A stretch of DNA of 64,000 nt, taken from NCBI GenBank assembly GCA_045634385.1, contig JAZRAE010000029.1, positions 5,704 through 69,703 of the forward strand, written 5' to 3'. This DNA is from Eubacteriales bacterium. GTDB lineage: Bacteria > Bacillota > Clostridia > Oscillospirales > CAG-272. The notes beneath the pieces were generated by a model. That model had not been told where the DNA came from. It worked only from the letters and a program-made list of their open reading frames with translations, and ran no database searches. The translations under genes and the position numbers were made by a program. This document shows positions 40,601 through 48,364 of the stretch, one piece after another (position 1 is the stretch's first letter; each line of letters begins with the position of its first letter).

Positions 40601-42923
40601 TACTTCGGCAAATCTCTCAAAGGCAGAAAACATTGGTGACTATGCCTTCACTTACTGTGAAAACCTTAATAACGTTATTCTTAATCCCATAGGCTCAAAC
40701 ATTGGTGAGGGTGCGTTCTCTTACTGCTCGTCCCTTAACAATATCCACCACCTCAACAAGGTGCGTGATATGAAGAACTATGCATTCGCGTATACTGATA
40801 TCATCGATATCAACCTTGAATGTGCGATATCCGTCGGTGACTTTGCCTTCATTAAAGAGGCAATAACTCCCGTAAACCTTAAGCTTGGCGAGAATATTGT
40901 TACCCTCGGTGACAACCCCTTCGCTCTGTGCGAAATCGGTCCGTTCTATACCGTAGTGGAGGAAATTTGGAATGGTCACGTTGTCAAGAGCGAATATCTC
41001 TACACATACGACATCAACAACTACGTCAAGATAATCAACGGTTCTATTTACTGTGTAGTGCCCAACGGTCTTGAGCTCACCACATACGTAGGTCTTGATT
41101 ACGAAGGCAATAGTCTTGATAAGGATGACGTTAAGCTTGACGAGAGTACGGTAAGAGTATCTGCAATGGCGTTTGCCGGTGCGGATATTACAAGAATAAC
41201 TCTCCCCCATTCCTTGAGATCTATCGGTCATAAGGCATTCTATCAATGCGATAATCTGCAGATAGTAATATTCGAGAGCTATGAAGCTCCCGTTCTTGAG
41301 GAAGAATTCGATCAGGCTCTTTACGATGCATTCACTAACATTCCTTGCAAGGGTGACTACGAATTCACCTATTGGGAGGACACAAACGGTGATGGAAGAC
41401 TTGACACCCAACTTCCCGTCACCTACTCAGGTCTTGGAATAATCCCCTATTATATGTGGAATATGTCCTCGACAAAATATAACAACATCTTCTACGGTGC
41501 TACCTTTGTTGATTACATCGGTAACAAAAATTACAGTAATATGGGCAATCTCATTATGGTTGCTCCATCAAACGGTGTATACTACGACACCTTCATACTC
41601 GATCAGTACTTCGGATCTAAGATTTCCGGTGCGGTTGCTGCGGATGACGTTACACTTTCCGCTATGGCTGCGATTAACGCTCTGCCGGAGAGAGTAACGC
41701 TCGATGACGAGCATCTCGTTATAGCTGCAAGAAATGCGTATAACCAGATCAGCAGCGTAGAACAGCAGGCACTCGTTACCGAGTATCTGCAGAAGCTCGT
41801 TACTGCCGAAAACCTAATTAAGGCGTACAAGAATTCCGGTACAACCGATACTCCCGTGATTGAAGATCCCACCGTGGATACCAAAGATCCCACCAAGACC
41901 GCACTCATAGTTCTCTCAGTAGTTGAGGCGGTAGAGATCGTCGGACTTGCTACAGCGGCAATCGTATGGTTCTATCTCAGAAGAAGAAAGCAAATGAGAG
42001 ATAATCTTGCACTCCAAGGCAGTCTTACCAGAGTAACGGTTAAGAAGCCAAAAAGCGAGATAACCGAAAAGGTAGAAACCGAAGAGGAGATTGAAGCAAG
42101 ACTCAAGGAGTACGAAAAACGTGCTGAAGAAGCCAACGTAAAGCACGAAAGAAACAGAAAGATTAGAAATATCGTTATTTATGTTCTTCTCTTTGCCCTT
42201 TGCCTTGGCTGTGTTGCGTTTATAACCACAAAATGCAGTAAGGACAACTCTCCTTACGCAGGCTACGGCGATGAGGGATACGGTGTCAGCATTAAGTTTG
42301 ATGCTAACGGCGGTATGTTCACCACCAACACCTCGGTACTTGTAGATACCTACAGTCTTGACTCCCTTTCCACATCCGATGACGGAAATAAACTCATATC
42401 TCTTCTCGATCCGAGTGACTCCAAAAGAGGTACTCAGGCATACCTTGCTGCGAAGGTAGGTTATCACCTCGCCGGCTGGTACAGAGTGAGAACCGAAATC
42501 ACCGATGATGGAGGCAACATAATAGGCTATAGCTATAGCGGTAAGTGGAATTTCGACGGTGATATGTATTCTATCCCTGCTGACAGAAACTACAACCCCT
42601 CAAAGCCCGTACTTACACTCTATGCGGCGTGGGTACCCGATCTTGTCTGCGAATTCTATTCGGTAGGCGAAGACGGAACATTAACCTTAATCGAAACAAA
42701 GGAAATCAATCCTGTGGAAAGCACAGAGATAACTCTGCCTGCTTATGATGCAGAAAACGGTGCATACGAGATCGGAGGCTACTTATACGATCTCTATTAC
42801 AACGAGTATTGCACCGGTGAGAAAATCGATGGCACTTCTATAACTCATACAGGTATCTTTAGCGTTGAAACCGCTACCGTTGAGAACCCTGTAATGAAGA
42901 TATATTGCAAGCCCATTGACTAA
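34659..42923 (+). CDS. Giant cell-surface subtilisin-like (S8) protease with PA insert, Big_2 domains, a long BspA-type leucine-rich-repeat region, two TM segments and a C-terminal Listeria/Bacteroides-repeat module (2754 aa)
   Basis: Type I signal peptide (..TVSA-ED). Catalytic triad codons: Asp217 (35307, VLDTG), His294 (35538, HGTHV), Ser613 (36495, SGTSMACP). PA-like insert (KGKIALVRRGTNTFEEKAKAAEAAGAKALIVYNN). LRR_5-type repeats (VVIPEGIKTIGAYAFANLTALEEVVLPSTLEAIEYGAF...). GG.F and LAGWY motifs near the end. Confidence 0.9.
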   Translation: MKTKGITKVSSRILMALLAVVMVFTFAASSLGTTVSAEDGVFKKNDSIYTDYKSYLDGSVVQALPKNVDENETISVIVKLDTPTLMDAYNKTDKSMSFAEYVNTEEAQEIRADIQSEKEKYLIALTRSGISYETGCDYANVLAGFEVLYTAKNFENACESLPNGATAIVGEVYNVSETKLVENKIDVYEETGIFDSSDFMINGQKYSGSGMVVAVLDTGLDYTHPAFDPARLDKSNLTLTKDKVANHVSNTTAASRVPGLTADDVYINEKVPFAFDYADNDSDVYSLHNNHGTHVSGVIVGHDDTIIGVAPDAQLVSMKIFSDVQDSARASWILAALEDCVELGVDVINMSLGTACGFSRETDEEQMSGVYDDIRALGISLVVAASNSFNSAYGSEKNGNLGLTSNPDTSTVGSPSTYNGALSVASINGTKTPYILDSKGTIIYFVESSDSAGEEKYFFDELLGTDLSETELEYVLIPGVGNPSDYDGINVKGKIALVRRGTNTFEEKAKAAEAAGAKALIVYNNTSGDIRMNVGIVSIPVCSVSQDDGEMLAAAKTGTLKISKSQSSGPFMSDFSSWGPSPSLQIKPEITAHGGNILSAVTGHGYDRLSGTSMACPNMAGAIALMRQYVITNFESRIKNESGVIDYVEVNSIVNRLLMSTADIVNNKNGLPYAVRKQGAGLANLDDAVATGAYILTYDRLTGSVMDKSKIELGDDPNKTGVYTLKFTIDNFGNSALSYDISANVMTEGVSETPTYQGETVVSEEGYLLEGARVEITSTNGGSLSGKTVTVEAGKKCDVIITITLGEDDKAYLDSSFENGMYIEGFVTLTAKEEGSVDLNVPYLAFYGNWYQAPLFDLDYFETNRDELDDSIATLDKTLPDAYATRPIGGISDDYVSYLGSFYFVQNPKNKIISASRDYIALSNNDGTIRSLRFVWGGMLRNSEKIVITITDDATGEVIFERVETSIRKSYGDGGSYIYPANIEIEFDTADYNLKNNSTYTVKLQGYLNYDDGTGVNKTPEENLKSTFEFPLTIDFEAPSLTGCEFYTEYDKDAKKTRLYAKMAVYDNHYAMGMQIGYVGLGEYVDESTGEMVNGNMLYPFETYMTPIYSVHNGTTYVTYELTDYIYDIKQNSYNKNTFAVSLYDYAINEATYEIELPDDFAELYLEESDITLNPNEVYTITTNVYPESEWDELLEYSYSGDAIRIVNNKIVAVKSGKSSVFIYDPKTQKEVTMSVTVRAPGDEGYKEVTKPVADVFKLEGYDTLNAFYFLSNDDRDIGVTGDNILFNGENYSLSFFPSESVRINYKLDAYFPDDTTVEFISSNESIVTVDQNGVIVALDEGYTSITVRVLQNGKPTYTAKTISIEVKDPYVRTGPTLNNYYGAGHMNSGNVEIPEDMLFTQIGQYAFSNYDYIPKTEEEILADPESNDSTKITYIGNDDIKRVVIPEGIKTIGAYAFANLTALEEVVLPSTLEAIEYGAFFNCINLKTVKGLEHVKLINQNAFANCNISNDLSLDSIHAIGDYAFANNRSLKSIKFPSTLSSIGAYAFMSNMSLTNFDVSNCGTIKYGPYVFMNCRSLETITMNTNVIPAGAFYSCLKLKTVNIGSTVSYIGEYAFTDTAITEFTVASGNQTYYPSANNGYLLSADGTTLLIVAPGFEGEFSLTGVTEIGVGAFAGNKKVTSVYMPDVTVVNDYAFSECTNLTDITLGDLAAIGKYSFFLTSITSLPSLSGVDFIGDYAFAFTLITEVSIDDNKIIGEGAFCECTELKKVTIGNDVVIGKSAFLRGTTTDDPRNPGNYLNLGNKAVEDFESGFYRYDYLSKLTSLTIGNNADIGEAAFMGATYLTKVSLGDGALIGRMAFYNCRALYDIDLSGAKKIGNMAFSGDNTYAFIDAAGTDYAVRDNAYVLVYFNPIFTYVDLSSCEVIEDQAFIYCKKLKEVKLGDKITEIPHMAFANCDSLTTVNLDNVVTLGYAAFGEANLTSANLSKAENIGDYAFTYCENLNNVILNPIGSNIGEGAFSYCSSLNNIHHLNKVRDMKNYAFAYTDIIDINLECAISVGDFAFIKEAITPVNLKLGENIVTLGDNPFALCEIGPFYTVVEEIWNGHVVKSEYLYTYDINNYVKIINGSIYCVVPNGLELTTYVGLDYEGNSLDKDDVKLDESTVRVSAMAFAGADITRITLPHSLRSIGHKAFYQCDNLQIVIFESYEAPVLEEEFDQALYDAFTNIPCKGDYEFTYWEDTNGDGRLDTQLPVTYSGLGIIPYYMWNMSSTKYNNIFYGATFVDYIGNKNYSNMGNLIMVAPSNGVYYDTFILDQYFGSKISGAVAADDVTLSAMAAINALPERVTLDDEHLVIAARNAYNQISSVEQQALVTEYLQKLVTAENLIKAYKNSGTTDTPVIEDPTVDTKDPTKTALIVLSVVEAVEIVGLATAAIVWFYLRRRKQMRDNLALQGSLTRVTVKKPKSEITEKVETEEEIEARLKEYEKRAEEANVKHERNRKIRNIVIYVLLFALCLGCVAFITTKCSKDNSPYAGYGDEGYGVSIKFDANGGMFTTNTSVLVDTYSLDSLSTSDDGNKLISLLDPSDSKRGTQAYLAAKVGYHLAGWYRVRTEITDDGGNIIGYSYSGKWNFDGDMYSIPADRNYNPSKPVLTLYAAWVPDLVCEFYSVGEDGTLTLIETKEINPVESTEITLPAYDAENGAYEIGGYLYDLYYNEYCTGEKIDGTSITHTGIFSVETATVENPVMKIYCKPID
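38800..41290 (+). other. BspA-type leucine-rich repeat region inside the giant protease ORF
   Basis: Dozens of approximately 23-aa units of the form I.IP.(S/G)V..IG..AF..C..L. Boundaries are approximate. Confidence 0.7.
41994..42923 (+). other. C-terminal module of the giant ORF that looks like a formerly independent lipoprotein gene
   Basis: TM1 (ALIVLSVVEAVEIVGLATAAIVWFYL) plus the stop-transfer RRRKQ is followed directly by an in-frame Met (41994). Next come a charged linker and a signal-peptide-like segment with a lipobox (IVIYVLLFALCLGC), then a Listeria/Bacteroides-repeat domain. Confidence 0.5.
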
Positions 42924-42938
42924 GGAGAAGGAGAAAAA

Positions 42939-45900
42939 ATGAAAAAAAGAATAATTTGCTTGCTCCTGTGCGTGGCTATGTGCTTTTCGACATCTCTGAC
43001 GCTAACAGGATGCACATCCGGTAATTCCGGAGCAGAAGCTTTCGTTATAATGACGGAAAATCTGGACGGACTCTTTAATCCATTCTTCTCAACGTCGGCA
43101 AATGACGGAACTATCGTTGCAATGACTCAGATCGGTATGCTTTCCTCCAAGCTTAACGAGGAGGGCGAGGTAGACGTGGCATTCGGTGAAAACGAATCCA
43201 CGGTTACCCTCGACTTTGAACAAAGTGAGCTTAACGCAAACAATGAAACCGTCTATACCTTCGTCCTTAAGAACGGTATTAAATATTCGGACGGTCATCC
43301 TCTCACCATGGAGGACGTACTGTTCAACCTCTACGTTTACCTTGACCCCGTATATACAGGCTCTGCTACGATCTATTCGACTGATATCAAGGGTCTGGCT
43401 GCGTACAGAAACCAGTCGCTCGGAGCTGACAGCGACAACAACAGCGAGGACACCATCAATCAGACCGCTGCGAGCAGAGCTTCACAGCGAATAATGACCC
43501 TCGTACAGCTCTACTGGGACACTAACAAGAAGCTCAACGGTTCGGCGGCTTCTACAAATAACGTAAGCTACGCACAGATGGTCGAGGCCATCAAAGCGTA
43601 CAATATTCAGGCTGATCTCGGTTATCTCTCTGCAGTAGCAACTTCCGATAAGCACTCCGAGATAACATATCAGTACCTGCTCGACGACTACGAGCTTGCA
43701 CTCAAGTATTTCCGTGAGGAGCTTGAGAGTGACTTCAAGAATGCCAAGGATGCTTACACCGAGTCTCCCTACAAGGAACATCCGGAGTTTAAAGACGAGG
43801 TATTCTGCTTCATGTTTGCCGAGGGCTTCATCACCCCCGAGTATGAGAAGATCCCCGGAACAAACAAGGATGACAAGTCCAAGATCAAAGGCTTCCATTA
43901 CAATTACAACAACGACACCATAACCACTAAAGAAGCAGCTATCGAAAAGGTATATAACGATACCGTAACTCAGGGACTTGATATGATCCTTCTTTACTGG
44001 GCAACTGCATCCAAGCTCTCTACCGACTTTACGGCAAAGGCTAAAGAAGTTATACTCCGTGAAAGTGCGATCGGCGGTCTTATCGTTCCCAACATTGAGG
44101 GTATCGTATCTCTCGGTCACACCACGGGCGTTGAGGTTGTTACAGTTAACGGAACAGAGTACAAGGTTGCACACGATCACGACGAGAACGGTGCACCCAC
44201 CAAGGAAGATGAGTACGATGTGCTTCAGATCACCATCAACGGTGTCGATCCCAAAGCAATATGGAACTTTGCCTTCTCGGTTGCTCCCCAGCACTACTAC
44301 GGTAAGGGCAGCTCGGTTGGCGTAGATATCGCAAACAATCAGTTCGGTGTTGAATTCTCGTCTTTCGACTATATGAGAGACGTACTTCAGACTCCCGACA
44401 ACAACAAATTGCCTATGGGAGCAGGAGCGTATAAGGTAACTGACCGTTCCGGCAGTGACAATCCCGACAGAAACGATTTCTTCAGCAACAACATCGTTTA
44501 CTTCAAGGCTAATACTTATTTTGAAACTGTCGGTAAGGGTATAAACAATCCCAAGATCGATAAAGTTCGTTACCAGGTAATCAGTGCTTCCAACGCCTTG
44601 GCTGCACTTGAAGAAGGCAGCGTACACTACATCACGCCCCAATATTCAAAAGACAACTACACCAAGATAGCAGAGCTTGAAAAGAAGAATTTTGAAAGTC
44701 TTCTTACAGATCAGCTCGGTTACGGTTATATCGGTATCAACGCCTCTAAGGTAACAAATATCAATATCCGTAAGGCTATTATGGCAGCGATGAACACCAC
44801 TCTTGCGCTCGACTACTATGCAAGTGGAACTGCATCACAAATCTACTGGCCTATGTCCAAGGTATCTTGGGCTTATCCCAAGGGCTCGGGTGATAACATC
44901 ACCAACGATAAGGGATATCCTCAGCCCGGCGGAACCTTTATTGAGGCAGATGCCGAGGAAGCAATCCTCAGCTATATGCAGGCGGCAGGCGTAAGTGCAG
45001 GTCACCCTGACCTCTCCATAACCTTCACCATTGCAGGCTCTAACCTCAATGACCATCCCACCTATAAGACCTTCAGAGATGCGGCAGAGCTGCTCAACAA
45101 ACTCGGTTGGGACGTAACGGTTGAGCCCGATACTCAGGCACTCACCAAGCTCGCTACAGGTTCTCTTGAAGTGTGGGCGGCAGCGTGGGGCTCTACTATC
45201 GACCCCGACCTTTACCAGGTTTACCACAAGAATTCTACCGCTACCTCCACCCTTGCCTGGGGCTATCCTCACATAAAGGCTGCGGGAAGCGAGGAAGAAA
45301 AACAGATCCTCAACAATTTGTCGGAAAAGATTGAAGCTGCCCGTGAGACTACGGACAGAACAACACGTTCCGCACTCTATAAGGAAGCTATGGGTCTTAT
45401 CCTCGACCTTGCGATCGAGCTTCCCGTATATCAGCGTTCTACGGTTTACGTATACAATACCGACATCATCAATCCCGACTCTGTACCTGACGTTGTCAAC
45501 CCCTACTCCTCTCCCCTTGACAGAATCTGGGAGCTTGAGTTCGCGGAGGGCGCGTTTAGCGGCGGGAACAGTATTGACATAGGCGCTTTTTTCGGTATTT
45601 TCGCAGGAATACTGGCTGTAGCATCTGTTATACTTGCCGCCGTTTACGTAAGCAAGAAGCAGGCTGAAAAATCTCCTATGCTTGCCTACGCAGTAACACT
45701 CTCCGATATTGAAGTGGGTAACGTGAGAATTCCCGGTCAGCCGAAGCTGAAAAAACAATCTAAAGCTAAAGTTTCTACAGAAGATAACACAAGCGATGAA
45801 ATCAGCGACGAAGCTGACTGCACGGAAAAAAACGAAGAAACAGAAAATATTACGCAAACAACTGACCCTATAGTTACTGCGGAAGACGTAGATACCACAG

Positions 45901-45950
45901 ATAACATGGAAACAGAAGAAAAAACCGAGGAAGGAGAAGAAATATGTTAA
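42939..45950 (+). CDS. ABC transporter substrate-binding lipoprotein, peptide/nickel (family 5, OppA/DppA-like), enlarged (1003 aa) with a C-terminal TM anchor and acidic tail
   Basis: Lipobox LTLTGC. Family-5 SBP features (IKYSDGHPLTMEDVLFN, GAGAYKV, LGYGYIGIN). C-terminal TM IGAFFGIFAGILAVASVILAAVYV followed by a D/E/T-rich tail. RBS AAGGAGAAGGAG lies 15 nt after the protease stop. Confidence 0.85.
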   Translation: MKKRIICLLLCVAMCFSTSLTLTGCTSGNSGAEAFVIMTENLDGLFNPFFSTSANDGTIVAMTQIGMLSSKLNEEGEVDVAFGENESTVTLDFEQSELNANNETVYTFVLKNGIKYSDGHPLTMEDVLFNLYVYLDPVYTGSATIYSTDIKGLAAYRNQSLGADSDNNSEDTINQTAASRASQRIMTLVQLYWDTNKKLNGSAASTNNVSYAQMVEAIKAYNIQADLGYLSAVATSDKHSEITYQYLLDDYELALKYFREELESDFKNAKDAYTESPYKEHPEFKDEVFCFMFAEGFITPEYEKIPGTNKDDKSKIKGFHYNYNNDTITTKEAAIEKVYNDTVTQGLDMILLYWATASKLSTDFTAKAKEVILRESAIGGLIVPNIEGIVSLGHTTGVEVVTVNGTEYKVAHDHDENGAPTKEDEYDVLQITINGVDPKAIWNFAFSVAPQHYYGKGSSVGVDIANNQFGVEFSSFDYMRDVLQTPDNNKLPMGAGAYKVTDRSGSDNPDRNDFFSNNIVYFKANTYFETVGKGINNPKIDKVRYQVISASNALAALEEGSVHYITPQYSKDNYTKIAELEKKNFESLLTDQLGYGYIGINASKVTNINIRKAIMAAMNTTLALDYYASGTASQIYWPMSKVSWAYPKGSGDNITNDKGYPQPGGTFIEADAEEAILSYMQAAGVSAGHPDLSITFTIAGSNLNDHPTYKTFRDAAELLNKLGWDVTVEPDTQALTKLATGSLEVWAAAWGSTIDPDLYQVYHKNSTATSTLAWGYPHIKAAGSEEEKQILNNLSEKIEAARETTDRTTRSALYKEAMGLILDLAIELPVYQRSTVYVYNTDIINPDSVPDVVNPYSSPLDRIWELEFAEGAFSGGNSIDIGAFFGIFAGILAVASVILAAVYVSKKQAEKSPMLAYAVTLSDIEVGNVRIPGQPKLKKQSKAKVSTEDNTSDEISDEADCTEKNEETENITQTTDPIVTAEDVDTTDNMETEEKTEEGEEIC

Positions 45951-46933
45951 AATACATACTTAAACGAATTGCGCTATCGATACTCATTCTTATTGGCGTA
46001 TCACTCATAATCTACTTCCTCATCAGACTCATGCCCGTTGACTTCATTCAAAACAAGGTCAATGCAATGAACCAATCCAATACCGTACCTGCCGACGCGG
46101 TCGAAAAGCTTTATGAAATGTACGGTCTTGACAACAGTGGCTTCAAGGGTATTGTAAAGGGTTACTTCAACTGGCTTGGTGCACTTGCTAAGCTTGATCT
46201 CGGTAAGAGCTTTGTTGACTATGCTCCCGTTTCCGAGGTTATTGCAAAAAATATGGGTATATCCTTTGCAGTTGCTCTTATTGCTACCGTATTTGAGTTT
46301 ATGATCGCGATCCCTCTCGGAATTACTGCGGCAACTCACCAATATTCGTTCCGTGACTATCTTGTTACCGTACTTGCAATGATAGGCATTTCCCTGCCCT
46401 CATTCTTCTTCGGACAGATGTTAAAGAACGTATTTGCACTCGAGCTCGGTTGGTTCCCGAGCCAGGGTACACTTTCCGGTTCAGGCTCGGCAACGGGTCT
46501 GGCACTTATCCCCGATTACTTAGCTCATATGTTCCTTCCCATTCTCACGGTCGTAATACTCAGTATCGGTCCGAGAATGAGAATGACAAGAACGAATATG
46601 CTCGAGGTTATGAACTCCGACTATATCCGTACCGCGAGAGCTAAGGGTCTTACCGAAACCAAGGTTATTTACAAGCACGCATTCCGTAACACGCTCATTC
46701 CTCTTGTTACTACTCTCGCAGGACTTCTGCCCTCGCTCTTCTCAGGTGCTATCATCACAGAGCAGGTATTCGGCCTCGACGGTATCGGTAACATAGCGCT
46801 CAACCGAATGATGCAGGGTGATATCCCCTTCATTATGGGTTACAACATGTTCCTTGCTATGCTTTCCGTTCTCGGTGTGCTTCTTTCTGACCTTATGTAC
46901 GTAATAGTTGACCCGAGAGTCAAGCTTGATTAA
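45944..46933 (+). CDS. ABC transporter permease (OppB/DppB-like)
   Basis: Starts MLKYILKRI. Contains the EAA-loop segment DYIRTARAKGL.E..V..KHAFRN. 329 aa. Overlaps the SBP stop. Confidence 0.92.
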   Translation: MLKYILKRIALSILILIGVSLIIYFLIRLMPVDFIQNKVNAMNQSNTVPADAVEKLYEMYGLDNSGFKGIVKGYFNWLGALAKLDLGKSFVDYAPVSEVIAKNMGISFAVALIATVFEFMIAIPLGITAATHQYSFRDYLVTVLAMIGISLPSFFFGQMLKNVFALELGWFPSQGTLSGSGSATGLALIPDYLAHMFLPILTVVILSIGPRMRMTRTNMLEVMNSDYIRTARAKGLTETKVIYKHAFRNTLIPLVTTLAGLLPSLFSGAIITEQVFGLDGIGNIALNRMMQGDIPFIMGYNMFLAMLSVLGVLLSDLMYVIVDPRVKLD

Positions 46934-46942
46934 GGAGGACTT

Positions 46943-48361
46943 ATGGAAGATAAAAACATTTCTATGAATGAAGAAAATACCGAAGTCCTCATTACAGGCG
47001 AGACAGCAGAGGCAGTTGAGATTAATAATGAAACTGTAGCAGAGGTTGAAGCTACCGAAGCAGAAGCAACCGAAGATGTAGCAGAGGTTGAAACTACCGA
47101 AGCAGAGGTAACCGAAGATGTAGCAGAGGTTGAAACTACCGAAGCAGAGGTAACCGAAGCTGTTGCAGAGGTTGAAACTACCGAAGCAGAAGCAACCGAA
47201 GATGTAGCAGAGGTTGAAACTACCGAAGCAGAGGTAACCGAAGCTGTTGCAGAGGTTGAAACTACCGAAGCGGAGGTAACTGAAGATGTTGCAGAGGTTG
47301 AAACTACCGAAGCAAAAGCAACCGAGGCTGTAGCCGAGAATGAAGAAGAGGCAAAAGATACCGAAGTTCCTCTCGATAGAAACATCAAGCTTATGTCCCC
47401 CATGCAGATGGTCATCCGTCGTTTCTTCCGCTCCAAGCTCTCTATCGTAGGTTTAATAATGATCGTATCCCTCTTCCTCTTTAGCTTCTTTGGTCCTCTC
47501 GTTTACACGAGATGGGGCGAGATTGAGCTTGACGAGTCAGGTACCGTTTCCTACACTACACAAGAGATCGAGGTAGTTAATCCCGACGGCACAATCACCA
47601 TCATTAAGCAGACCGTTGAGAGACAGGAGAAGGATAACTACCTTGCTCCCCCCTCAAAGGATCACTTGCTCGGTACGGATGAGCAGGGCTATGACGTATT
47701 CACAAGACTTATGTACGGCGGTAGAATTTCCCTATCGGTAAGCTTTATCGCGGTATTTGTAATCACCGTCCTCGGTGTTATACTCGGCGGTATAGCAGGC
47801 TACTTTGGCGGTGTGATAGATAATCTCATAATGAGAATATGCGACGTACTCATGTGTCTGCCCGGTATTCCGATCCTTCTTATCATCAGTACACTTCTTG
47901 AGGCGGCACAGGTTGACGCAAAGTACAGAATTTACTGGCTTATGGTTTACCTTACCCTGTTCTCTTGGCCCGGCACGGCACGTCTTGTACGCGGACAGAT
48001 ACTTTCTCTGCGCGAGCAGGAGTATATGGTTGCGGCAGAGGCTATGGGTTACTCCACCGCATGAAAGATATTCAAGCATCTCGTTCCCAACGTTATGCCC
48101 CAGCTCATAGTACAGATGACACTCAGCCTTGGTAGTATGATTCTCTACGAGGCTACCCTTTCCTACCTCAACATGGGTGTTAAAGCACCTTACGCTGCTT
48201 GGGGTACTATGATTAACATCATTTCCACTAATACCGATATTCTCCAGAACAACTTCAACGTATGGGGTGCGCCCGGTATTTGTATAGTAATCGCAGTTTT
48301 GGGCTTCAATTTCGTCGGTGACGGTCTTAGAGATGCCCTTGACCCGAAGAGTAGGAGGTAA
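46943..48361 (+). pseudogene. OppC/DppC-like ABC permease interrupted by one in-frame TGA (48062..48064); carries an N-terminal acidic repeat extension
   Basis: ORFs 46943..48064 and 48095..48361 are in the same frame. Reading through gives ..EQEYMVAAEAMGYSTA*KIFKHLVPNVMPQLIVQMTLSLG.., one continuous conserved EAA-loop/TM5 region of this permease family. Confidence 0.8.
47039..47332 (+). repeat. Seven tandem copies of a 42-nt repeat encoding AEVETTEAEVTEDV-type acidic 14-mers
   Basis: Unit boundaries counted directly: 47039, 47081, 47123, 47165, 47207, 47249, 47291. There are only a few substitutions between units. Confidence 0.95.
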
Positions 48362-48364
48362 TTT

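Noticed and set aside
34659-42923. The possibility that the 8.3-kb ORF is an assembly chimera of several genes.
   Set aside because: It cannot be excluded without reads. However, the frame is uninterrupted, domain order (signal, propeptide, S8 with PA insert, Big_2, LRR, anchor) is coherent for a surface protease, and codon usage looks uniform. Only the last approximately 310 codons look like a fusion, and that is reported separately as a finding.
46930-47436. 168-aa minus-strand ORF rich in S/T/A/V repeats.
   Set aside because: It is the antisense reading of the 42-nt tandem repeat in the permease gene. Its repetitiveness is inherited from the sense-strand repeat.
48062-48064. Reading the in-frame TGA as evidence for an alternative genetic code (TGA = Trp/Gly) or selenocysteine.
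   Set aside because: TGA is used as a genuine stop elsewhere in the window: 31786..31788 is followed by a strong terminator, and 49742..49744 ends the OppD-like gene. All other long ORFs are uninterrupted. No convincing SECIS-like hairpin follows the codon, and the site is a structural loop rather than a redox centre.
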